This document shows positions 18,069 through 26,015 of a stretch of DNA of 26,015 bases, piece by piece. Numbering within the stretch: the first letter of the stretch is position 1; the number at the start of each line of letters is the position of its first letter. Under the pieces are notes generated by a model that saw only the letters and a program-made list of their open reading frames with translations, did not search any database and had not been told where the DNA came from. The translations under genes and the position numbers were made by a program. The stretch is from NCBI GenBank assembly GCA_051532055.1, contig JAOPTX010000082.1, positions 1 through 26,015 of the forward strand, given 5' to 3'. Origin of the DNA: Fibrobacterales bacterium (GTDB taxonomy: Bacteria; Fibrobacterota; Fibrobacteria; Fibrobacterales; JAOPTW01).

Positions 18069-21000
18069 CTAGTCTTCGCTTTGTCTAAATGAGACTATAA
18101 CAGGAACGTCGAACCCTGATGCATGCGCTTCACCGACATAATGAAAATTTTTCGCTTCTATGTAATACACACCTAACAATGATATTTGTCCCGAGTCATT
18201 CTCTACAACATCCATCGAAATAGGGTAAGAAAGCTCGATCGTTCCATAACTCCAGCTTTTTAATTTAAAATGTACCACAGCATTGCTAAAATCATAATCA
18301 CCGTTATCCTTCACTGTAATACCTTTGATGCCAGTATATTTCATGTAGTCGGAATAGTATTTTAAAAACGAATCAACTTCATCACATACGTCTACGCCTG
18401 AGATTTCATCATAGATATTATATAAAAACATACCATCAATCTCGAAAGACATCGTTCCATCGTCTTCAATCACACGTCTAAATTCAAACACTTCGTCATC
18501 TGCACAGGTAAGTGCTTTGCTCGGCACTCCCAACTCATCCTTATTACCATTATAATACTGCATTTGAAAATCGAGTTCTAACACACTATTGGTATCAGGG
18601 AACCCCAAAAAGTCAACCACGTCAATCTCAATATTCGTTCCGCTCATAAGGTACGACGAAAAGATATTAGTCATCTCTATGCTTGCGGCATCATTATTAA
18701 TGGTCCATTTATAAAAATCATTCGTATAGAATGGTGTCTCTCCTTTCCAGAATACATAACTACTTGAATCATTCGAATAGATATCGAGCTGAGTCGTGGG
18801 GATGGTTTGGTCACTGATGTTAGTGATAGTAACTTCCACAAGTTCACCATTAAGAGTCAGAAGTTCATCGGGTATCAAATAGTACAGTTGAGCAAGTGCG
18901 ATATTTGTTGTTGGAAATACACCGATAGTTGATCCCCCACCCATACCTGAAGGAGCTATCCATAACCACGAGCCATTGGTACCATCACTATCATCTAATT
19001 CAATGGTGCGCCAATTTGGATCCAGCTCATTCCAATCAGTCCCTGAATGAGTGTAGACATACAGCTCATCACTGCCCTGCGCTACCAAGGTAAAATCATC
19101 AAGGGTTATCAATGGTGATTCCTCAGTAATACTCGGGGGGATTATCGTCGTGACAAGACTTTCCCCGCCACTGGTAGTGTAGATAGCAATCCCTGTATCC
19201 TGAACTATTGCCATGGTTTGCCCAGTATTAGAGATTGCCACCGAGTTTCCAGTAGCATCAAAATTACTGGCCGTCCAACTATTTGAACTATAGTCATAAC
19301 GCTGTACCCGACCACTGTTTAAGGCAACGTACAAAGTTTCCATAGAATTGGGATTAAACACTAATGCGCCGTTCATGTCTGGCGATAGGCTCACATTGGC
19401 TATTGTTGATGTTGCAGTCCACGTACCATTATTCCAATCAAAAAAATGGATTCCATCATCCGCGCCCACGGCCAGACGCCCTCCCATATCCCCATCGTAA
19501 ATGAGCGATAGTGCACCTGTTGGTACTATATTTCCTAGGGAGACATTGACATATGACAAATTATCTGGGTCGCTTGTATTGACTACCATCAACGATGCAT
19601 CTGTCACTATCACCAACCGATCACCCCAGTAAGCATATCTCGAATCAGTCGCGGAGGAAAACCGAGAATCAAGCTGATCAATATCTCCAGAGTAAGACAC
19701 ATCAAGGCTTCCCCGTTGCGTCCATCCATTGCTGCTATCAGTATACATACTGATGTTGATTACCGATGCTTCACTGTCAATTGTTGTGATTGCCGCAGGA
19801 GCATATCCTCCCCAATAATTATAACCACCGGCCACTGCACTGCCTATTGTAGCATCATTGCTGTCTGGAATACTTGCAGGAGATTCGAGTGCGCCGTGCC
19901 AACCGTTTTCGGTGTCAAAATTATCCATGTTCGGAGCTGATAACCACGACATCGGTAGCGCCCGGCTCGTTCCATCGCCCATTTTGACCATTAATTTCAG
20001 TTGTGCAGAATTCCAGCCCGCCCACATGGACACGCGCAGTGGATAGACCTTGCCGGCTTCTAAATAAACATCATCGCCCCAATTGGATTGCGCGCCGGAA
20101 TTGGAACACCCCACACCCGCCAGATTGTACAATACCCAATTAATGCCATTATCATCGTCATCGAACTCCTTACCATTTTTATCTTTTATTATCCACGTTT
20201 CTTTATTGACTATTGTATTAACCCCTACGATGCTATACTCTTTGACTCTTTTTTTGATCTTGTAGCTGAGCTCGTTGCTTGATTCGCAAGCCTTTTTATC
20301 GACATTCAGTTCCCAGGAGGATTCCTGCAGGAGTGAAACTTCCTGTCCATCACTTTTAACAATCTCGGCTTTGACACCACCCGTGGTTTGTGAGGCAAAA
20401 TTGTAGTAGCCCGTGACCGGCACTGCCATATATGCGAAACCTTTCACCAAATACGCTTTTGAGAGAGGGTAGCTCGTCAGAGAGGGGCCGGACTGCGACC
20501 AGTCGTAGTCAAATTCATTGCTTGTACCTGGGAACAGAAGCAAGTTTTTTACCCCCGGCTCCAATTCGGTATTGTTGTAATTCGACAAAGCTGGTTCATC
20601 AGGCTCATCAAGGGTAATTTGTCTGGTGAATAATTTACAGATCGTTTTATATTGTACAACACTCCATCCCCTTCTCCCAACGCACCACCAATCAAAATAA
20701 TCATCATTTGTAATAACCATTTTATCAGTGCTCTCGTCAAAATCGGCCGTCGATAGTATTGCCGCATTAGCCTTGGGCTCTATTCCAGGATAATTCGCCA
20801 TCAGAGTATCATAATCATCCTGCAAGTCTTTAGGGAACATCGTACCCATAAACTCGTCATCGGGCAGCATACTGTAAACAGAAAAGGCCATCGCCGAGAT
20901 CCTGCTTGATTGCCCCGAGGAATAGGTCGAAATAGATGTTGTTGTACTTGTACTATTTGTAGTACTTGTAGTTGTAGTTGAGCTTGTCAAGCTCGTTGTC

Positions 21001-21395
21001 CCAGCCATATAGCTTGATTGCCCCGTAGAATTAGCAAAAGTGGAGTTTGTCGTACTTGTTGTCCCAATTTCATAGCTTTTATCGGCATTTTTCATGTCAT
21101 TATTGGTCCACACCGTGGCTTGATAAATACAGTTGGAGGGCAATTCACCAGGATAGGTCCAGCTATCGGTCGATACCCAGCCCGACTCTAGAGTAGCCCC
21201 TGAACAATTATTAGTGGGACGCAAACTGTAATAGTAACTGTCCGCTCCTTCGGTATTAGCTTCAATCGTTGTCCCCGCCAAAACAGAAGGGCACACTATG
21301 AGGGTAACGAGAATACAATAAACTGTTAATAACCGGTATTTGGCAATTTCACTATAGCCAAAAGAATTTGAGTGAGTGAATGGGTTGTTTTTCAT
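18069..21395 (-). CDS. Large secreted hypothetical protein, paralog A (PA14-like segment plus beta-propeller-like region)
   Basis: 1108-aa ORF, AAGGAG RBS, signal peptide ending SVLA, Ser/Thr-rich linker, colinear and highly similar to 14270..17542. Domain calls are tentative. Confidence 0.82.
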   Translation of the reverse strand: MKNNPFTHSNSFGYSEIAKYRLLTVYCILVTLIVCPSVLAGTTIEANTEGADSYYYSLRPTNNCSGATLESGWVSTDSWTYPGELPSNCIYQATVWTNNDMKNADKSYEIGTTSTTNSTFANSTGQSSYMAGTTSLTSSTTTTSTTNSTSTTTSISTYSSGQSSRISAMAFSVYSMLPDDEFMGTMFPKDLQDDYDTLMANYPGIEPKANAAILSTADFDESTDKMVITNDDYFDWWCVGRRGWSVVQYKTICKLFTRQITLDEPDEPALSNYNNTELEPGVKNLLLFPGTSNEFDYDWSQSGPSLTSYPLSKAYLVKGFAYMAVPVTGYYNFASQTTGGVKAEIVKSDGQEVSLLQESSWELNVDKKACESSNELSYKIKKRVKEYSIVGVNTIVNKETWIIKDKNGKEFDDDDNGINWVLYNLAGVGCSNSGAQSNWGDDVYLEAGKVYPLRVSMWAGWNSAQLKLMVKMGDGTSRALPMSWLSAPNMDNFDTENGWHGALESPASIPDSNDATIGSAVAGGYNYWGGYAPAAITTIDSEASVINISMYTDSSNGWTQRGSLDVSYSGDIDQLDSRFSSATDSRYAYWGDRLVIVTDASLMVVNTSDPDNLSYVNVSLGNIVPTGALSLIYDGDMGGRLAVGADDGIHFFDWNNGTWTATSTIANVSLSPDMNGALVFNPNSMETLYVALNSGRVQRYDYSSNSWTASNFDATGNSVAISNTGQTMAIVQDTGIAIYTTSGGESLVTTIIPPSITEESPLITLDDFTLVAQGSDELYVYTHSGTDWNELDPNWRTIELDDSDGTNGSWLWIAPSGMGGGSTIGVFPTTNIALAQLYYLIPDELLTLNGELVEVTITNISDQTIPTTQLDIYSNDSSSYVFWKGETPFYTNDFYKWTINNDAASIEMTNIFSSYLMSGTNIEIDVVDFLGFPDTNSVLELDFQMQYYNGNKDELGVPSKALTCADDEVFEFRRVIEDDGTMSFEIDGMFLYNIYDEISGVDVCDEVDSFLKYYSDYMKYTGIKGITVKDNGDYDFSNAVVHFKLKSWSYGTIELSYPISMDVVENDSGQISLLGVYYIEAKNFHYVGEAHASGFDVPVIVSFRQSED

Positions 21396-21415
21396 ATTTA
21401 ATCTCCTTGAGTCAT

Positions 21416-21508
21416 TTTTGTGACTCTATTATGCAATTCTTCTTATTCTTCAAATATATGGATAAAATGTGAATCGAATTTGAGCGAATAGTGAAGAGAA
21501 TGTGAAGA
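21416..21508 (-). promoter_or_regulatory. Duplicated upstream regulatory segment, copy 2, with 11-bp-phased TTCAC repeats
   Basis: Matches 17562..17654; plus-strand GTGAA at 21469, 21491, 21502 and TTGAG at 21480. Confidence 0.75.
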
Positions 21509-21570
21509 GTGAAGCTAAGCAACTTCAGTGGAAACAAAGGGGTTCTTGGTTCACAACTTGTAAAGAAAGC

Positions 21571-21614
21571 AAAAAAAGGCTGTCCCAATTATTGTTTTGA
21601 GACAGCCTGTTTTT
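21571..21614 (-). terminator. Intrinsic terminator after the RHS gene
   Basis: AGGCTGTCCCAA...TTGAGACAGCCT stem with A7 tract on the left (U-tract on minus strand), about 20 nt past the RHS stop. Confidence 0.8.
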
Positions 21615-21629
21615 AATAAATGTTAAATG

Positions 21630-24600
21630 TTAAAAAGCATAAACTGGGGGCATGTACATAGGTGCTTCGGGGGCAACGGTACATTGGGGGACACTTGCAA
21701 AATTACTTCCGTTTAGCGTTTCAACGCTCCCATGGATAGGAGTTTGGCTAACGCTAGTTGTTGGGCTCGCACTAGCGGCCTGCACCCCATATCCAATCCC
21801 GTATCCAATCATATAGCCAATCGCACCACCAGCAGCGCCATAGGCTGCACCCATTCCAGCCATTTCCAATGATTGTATTGCATCGCCATTAGTCGCCATG
21901 CCATAAACAAAAAGACCAACGCCTCCCGAAACGGCACCTGCTGCGACCGCAGTACCGAGCCCTATTGCGAAGAGGCTCGGAGCCATGAATCCTATGGCGC
22001 CACCAGTAGCTAAACCGATTGCTACACCGCCTATAAATGCCCACATGTAAGGGTTTTCTACGTCCCAAAAACCTTTCGAAAAGATATTGTTGTTGGGCGA
22101 GTTTCCACTGGGGTCATTCAAGTTAATTGGGTCAGAATTGGCGTAGTCATAAGGACTGCTGCCCCCGTTAAAAGTCGGATCCGTCGTAGTAAAACTGTGT
22201 AACATAGGCACATAAACCCGAGCACCCATCAAGACAATATCAATCGCGAGGGACTCAGTTTCAACGCCACTGGCACCATCATAACCGTATACCGGTGCTG
22301 AGCTCACCACTTCTGGTGCTGCAGTCAACGCTTCGCCGTAAGGACTATAGAGTACTAAATCGGCCTGCTGTGCACCTACTTCGTCGGTAGTTAATAGCGC
22401 ATGTCCTTGCAGACTGCTGTGCTGCCAGCGCTGTGTTGTTGCATCGGCTGAAAAAGAGACCATCACGCCACCAGGGAGAGCTACTGTTTGGCTCTGTGGA
22501 ACTCTCAGGTTGTTGAGTACCCACCCATTGCTGCTGTATAGATTGTAGAATTCCGTCACACCATCTTGCTGAATCTCTTTAGCGATGAGGCGATTATCAG
22601 CGCTACGGATGTAATCTACGCTTTTACCCGCATTATCACTCGTCGCTACGAGTTGATTTTCCTGGTCATAGCTCAACGACAATGTAGTGCCGTCGCCTTT
22701 GGTGAGCGTTGCCATGTTGTAACCACTAGCATCGTAAGTCACCGCAACGTCATTGATATCAGTGTCCGAATTAATAGCCGTTAGACCATCGACATAGTTG
22801 TAAGCAAATTCCTTGACTTCTACACCGCTCGGGCTGGTCACTGTTTCTTTGGTCACCGCACCGTCTTTACCCGCCTGAGGATTCAAACTGTTAACGTTAT
22901 CATAATCAAAATCATAAGCCCATGTATACTCTCCGCCGTTCAGGTCCGGGTGGTCGCCACTTAAGTTTGCATTGATCAAACGTAACGCATTGTCATAAGT
23001 GTAAGTGTAGTTCGCCATTGTACCATCAGGCGACTTCAAAATTTCACCCATGATGCGCCCTGAGGGTGCTAACATAAGCATATCTTCTACTTGCTCGTCA
23101 TTGGCTAAGGTCAGTGTCTGACGCTCAGTACGACCGTATGGTCCTTGTAAGGCCTCCTGTTTGACCCCGTTTCCGTAATTGATGTTCACACTAGCATTAG
23201 CATCGTTGTAGTCCGCACTTGCCAGTAATACATCATTGCGAGTCAGCGAGGTAATACGGCCCGCAGCATCGTGGTAACTCACCAATCTACTCGAATAGTT
23301 ATTCCCATTAGTATCAGTGATCGTCGTGGTACGAGTCGTACTCTGTATGCGATCGTCATATTCTGTGATCACCACCGTGCCCCATTCGTCGATGGTTTCA
23401 ACCACGCGACCGAGCATGTCTTTGGTAGTGCGCGCAGCAGTGCTGTTATCACTCCCTACAGTAGATCGTTGGGTCACACGAGATTGACTACCAGTCAGGC
23501 CGTATTCATACGTCAGTTGCTTAGCAGAAGCATCGTCGGTGGCGGGTACATCGATAGTTACCACACGCCCGCGATCGTCGTACGTCATACAACTGGCGGC
23601 TTCGTCATCAACCTTCGTACCTACCTTCTGCCCCGATTCGTTATAAAGAATTGTGACCGTGCGCCCCGCCGTATTCGCCTGTGTCGGGTGTGCTATAGTA
23701 ACTCCAGCCAAACTCCCTGATTGTGTATACGCTCCGTCGCACTCTGCAGTGCCGCCATCCCAATAACTAAAACTTGATGCCATGCCTGATGGGAGCGTCT
23801 GACCGGCAAGACGGCCATAACTATCGCCATACTCTAACGCAGTGGTCAGCTCCAGTTCCATCGGATCTGCAGTCTGAGACTTTGGGGTACCCAATATTGG
23901 ATCATGATATGCCACTGAGGTACTGAGGGTAGTGGTCTGCTCCATCTCATTCAGCTGCTCGTTGCCTGATGTCTGAGTTTTTAATCCCAAGCCAGGGCTC
24001 AAATCGATATCACTTAAGGGTTCCCATGTAGCCGTGCCAGCTCTGCTGAAAGTAGCCAAATTCAAGGTACCCGAAGTATTTTCAGTGCTGCAGTCTATTA
24101 ATACTGTCACCGGTATAACCTCGCCGGCTGTTGCGTCTATAATATTCACCTTTCTTGAATTATTCCGCACCGCACCACTCGCAATCAAGGTAACGCTTGC
24201 CGCAGTATTACCCGACATCAACGCACGAATATGGAGTTTGCCGTCACTTGGTACCGTGAGAACGGTACTGAACACTGCTGACCAGCCATCGGTCGCGCTA
24301 AACCCGTCGAGATCAGTCATGTCAAAACTGGTCTTGCTCACACCAATCGCTGCAGGTGCTCCCACGAAACCCGATTGATTCCACGCACGCACCACGAGAG
24401 GATCAATCTTCTCATCGTATACTGTAGTGACAAAAGGTACGATATCATCGATAGGTGTGCCGTCAGTATTAAATCTCATCTCGTTTGCAGGACCATAAAC
24501 GGTCTCAATGCGTCCGTATGCATCAAAGTGTGCAGTACGCTTTAAGCCTCTACCGTCAACTACCGAACTCAAACGGTCTTCATCACCGTCCCACTCGTAG

Positions 24601-26015
24601 CTGGTCACCATGCCAGTCACAAGATCTGCGTCACTGACAGTACGCCAGCGACTGTCATACGTCACTGTTTTCAAAGGGGTGTCCTGTCCATTAATTTGAC
24701 GAGTTACTGTAGTTGCTGAGTCGTTATAATCGTATGTGTGACTGAAGCGACTTGCTCCCGATGAGGGTGCCGGCGATTCAATAGCTTCAACCCGTCCGTC
24801 AGACAAATAGCTGATAGCATACCGACGATCACTGTCCACACCATCGCTGGCATCAGCGTCAGCTGCTTCTGCAGTACGCAATTCAGCTAACCGACCTGCA
24901 AGGTCGTATGCAAAGTCCACAACTTTACCACCAGTTTGTTCAACGCGAGCAAGCTGTGCATCCTTGTAAAACAGCGTAGTCGTGCGTCCGTCAAGATTGA
25001 TAAAGCGAGATAATTTCCCTGATGGAGGGTAACTATCAAAACCGGTTCGTGAATAATTCCCCGGGTACATGTAATAGAACAAAGCACGGCGATTGCTGAC
25101 TGGGTCGGTGATTCCGATAATCCGGTTAGCACTCCAGCTCAGTTCCCATTGTGTCTCACTGCCCTGCCCTGCAACCGATTTCGATTGAAGATTCCCGTAG
25201 CTATTAAACACCGACACGTCACCACTCATAGTGGTGTAAATAATTTCGCCGTCGTCGTTTACTGTCAGGCTCCCCGCCAGTCCAGCCGAGAGGTCATCCT
25301 GACCAGTCGCTTGCCAAAGAGCATCGGTTTCTGACTGTACGAAAGTCAGCGCGCCACCCGACAGAGTACTCAAGGTAATCGCGTCTAGGTTATCACTATA
25401 AGTGGCTTGTACATAGCCAAGGTCGGATAAACCTGCTAATGACCAGCCCTCAGAAATATTTGTAGTCGTATGCTTCGCCGAAGAGTACGACAGCGATAGA
25501 CGGAGTTGACCGGCTACAGTGGGTACACCGATTGTACCGGCGGCAGTAGTCAGTTCCCCGGAAGCCAGACCAACACTCATCGGCCCGAAGGCATCGACTG
25601 CCTGCACATTCCTGCGCCGGGTATCTACGGTAAAGGAAGCCCAGTCGTTACTCGTGCCTTGAGACTGATCAATCACCTTCCAATAGTAAGAGCCACCTTG
25701 CTCTAACAGGCTCGATGGAATCTGCCAGCTACGTGACGTAGTCGCTCCTGATTCGAACATATTAACCGATTCGCCAGCCTCTGTTGGCGCCGAGGCCACA
25801 ATGTAATTTAATGTGGGACCAGTCAAAGAAGTGGGAGCATTTAACCGAGGGCTGAGAGTGGTTACCACCTGGCCATCTTCGGCATCGATATCAGCCGTGA
25901 GTGAAAGTGCCGTGGCTTGTGCACCAACGCTGACATCATCTAAAGGTAGTAGACTGGTTGCGGCCATCCAGTCAACGTATTCTTCTTCTGCAATGGTATT
26001 GGCAACATTGTCAGG
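21630..26015 (-). CDS. RHS/YD-repeat protein with RHS core and hydrophobic C-terminal domain, 5' end outside the window
   Basis: Frame stays open beyond 25967 to the edge (PDNVANTIAEEEYVDWM...); many YD repeats (YDLAGRL, YDSRWR, YDDRGRV, YDNALRL); core LYSPYGE...LMGARVYVP...FTTTDP...PYDYANSDPINLNDPSG. Confidence 0.92.
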   Translation of the reverse strand, partial: PDNVANTIAEEEYVDWMAATSLLPLDDVSVGAQATALSLTADIDAEDGQVVTTLSPRLNAPTSLTGPTLNYIVASAPTEAGESVNMFESGATTSRSWQIPSSLLEQGGSYYWKVIDQSQGTSNDWASFTVDTRRRNVQAVDAFGPMSVGLASGELTTAAGTIGVPTVAGQLRLSLSYSSAKHTTTNISEGWSLAGLSDLGYVQATYSDNLDAITLSTLSGGALTFVQSETDALWQATGQDDLSAGLAGSLTVNDDGEIIYTTMSGDVSVFNSYGNLQSKSVAGQGSETQWELSWSANRIIGITDPVSNRRALFYYMYPGNYSRTGFDSYPPSGKLSRFINLDGRTTTLFYKDAQLARVEQTGGKVVDFAYDLAGRLAELRTAEAADADASDGVDSDRRYAISYLSDGRVEAIESPAPSSGASRFSHTYDYNDSATTVTRQINGQDTPLKTVTYDSRWRTVSDADLVTGMVTSYEWDGDEDRLSSVVDGRGLKRTAHFDAYGRIETVYGPANEMRFNTDGTPIDDIVPFVTTVYDEKIDPLVVRAWNQSGFVGAPAAIGVSKTSFDMTDLDGFSATDGWSAVFSTVLTVPSDGKLHIRALMSGNTAASVTLIASGAVRNNSRKVNIIDATAGEVIPVTVLIDCSTENTSGTLNLATFSRAGTATWEPLSDIDLSPGLGLKTQTSGNEQLNEMEQTTTLSTSVAYHDPILGTPKSQTADPMELELTTALEYGDSYGRLAGQTLPSGMASSFSYWDGGTAECDGAYTQSGSLAGVTIAHPTQANTAGRTVTILYNESGQKVGTKVDDEAASCMTYDDRGRVVTIDVPATDDASAKQLTYEYGLTGSQSRVTQRSTVGSDNSTAARTTKDMLGRVVETIDEWGTVVITEYDDRIQSTTRTTTITDTNGNNYSSRLVSYHDAAGRITSLTRNDVLLASADYNDANASVNINYGNGVKQEALQGPYGRTERQTLTLANDEQVEDMLMLAPSGRIMGEILKSPDGTMANYTYTYDNALRLINANLSGDHPDLNGGEYTWAYDFDYDNVNSLNPQAGKDGAVTKETVTSPSGVEVKEFAYNYVDGLTAINSDTDINDVAVTYDASGYNMATLTKGDGTTLSLSYDQENQLVATSDNAGKSVDYIRSADNRLIAKEIQQDGVTEFYNLYSSNGWVLNNLRVPQSQTVALPGGVMVSFSADATTQRWQHSSLQGHALLTTDEVGAQQADLVLYSPYGEALTAAPEVVSSAPVYGYDGASGVETESLAIDIVLMGARVYVPMLHSFTTTDPTFNGGSSPYDYANSDPINLNDPSGNSPNNNIFSKGFWDVENPYMWAFIGGVAIGLATGGAIGFMAPSLFAIGLGTAVAAGAVSGGVGLFVYGMATNGDAIQSLEMAGMGAAYGAAGGAIGYMIGYGIGYGVQAASASPTTSVSQTPIHGSVETLNGSNFASVPQCTVAPEAPMYMPPVYAF

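Noticed and set aside
14277..18230. Very similar 3' ends of the two paralogs as a possible DGR template/variable repeat pair
   Set aside because: Differences are not adenine-specific, both copies are ends of full-length genes, and no reverse transcriptase is in the window.
7724..21608. Shared AGGCTGT...ACAGCCT stems at 7728 and 21577 as a REP/MITE family
   Set aside because: Only two copies with a 7-bp shared stem, both placed as ordinary terminators.
2818..25706. Many short ORFs overlapping the long genes (e.g. 3581..4048, 6530..6883, 23271..23720, 24034..24378)
   Set aside because: Alternative-frame or antisense ORFs inside well-supported CDSs, with no motifs of their own.
1..26015. CRISPR arrays, tRNA/rRNA genes, transposases or integrases
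   Set aside because: No regularly spaced repeats, RNA gene signatures or recombinase motifs seen.

Overview
Bacterial, mostly AT-rich accessory region dominated by secreted or surface glycan-interacting proteins and signalling genes. Left to right: a CHASE-PAS-GGDEF protein cut by the left edge (absent from the ORF track), a VOC-family protein, a small membrane protein, a GH5 lipoprotein, two small exported proteins, and a CSLREA/beta-helix/choice-of-anchor-Q/ricin-lectin protein. Next comes a 1801-aa Ser/Thr kinase-AAA-GAF-histidine kinase coupled to a BaeR/OmpR-type regulator. On the minus strand, converging on that regulator, lie a large RHS protein (cut by the right edge, no immunity gene) and two tandem ~1100-aa secreted paralogs. 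Main observations: (1) the amber stop of the upstream paralog is followed in frame by 61 sense codons encoding a bulb-type lectin motif, then TGA and a hairpin; (2) this tail lies between 27-nt direct repeats, the second having CAG where the first has TAG; (3) both paralogs have a ~98% identical upstream segment with 11-bp-phased direct repeats, a candidate operator for the neighbouring regulator. All calls are from reading motifs by eye; no searches were run.
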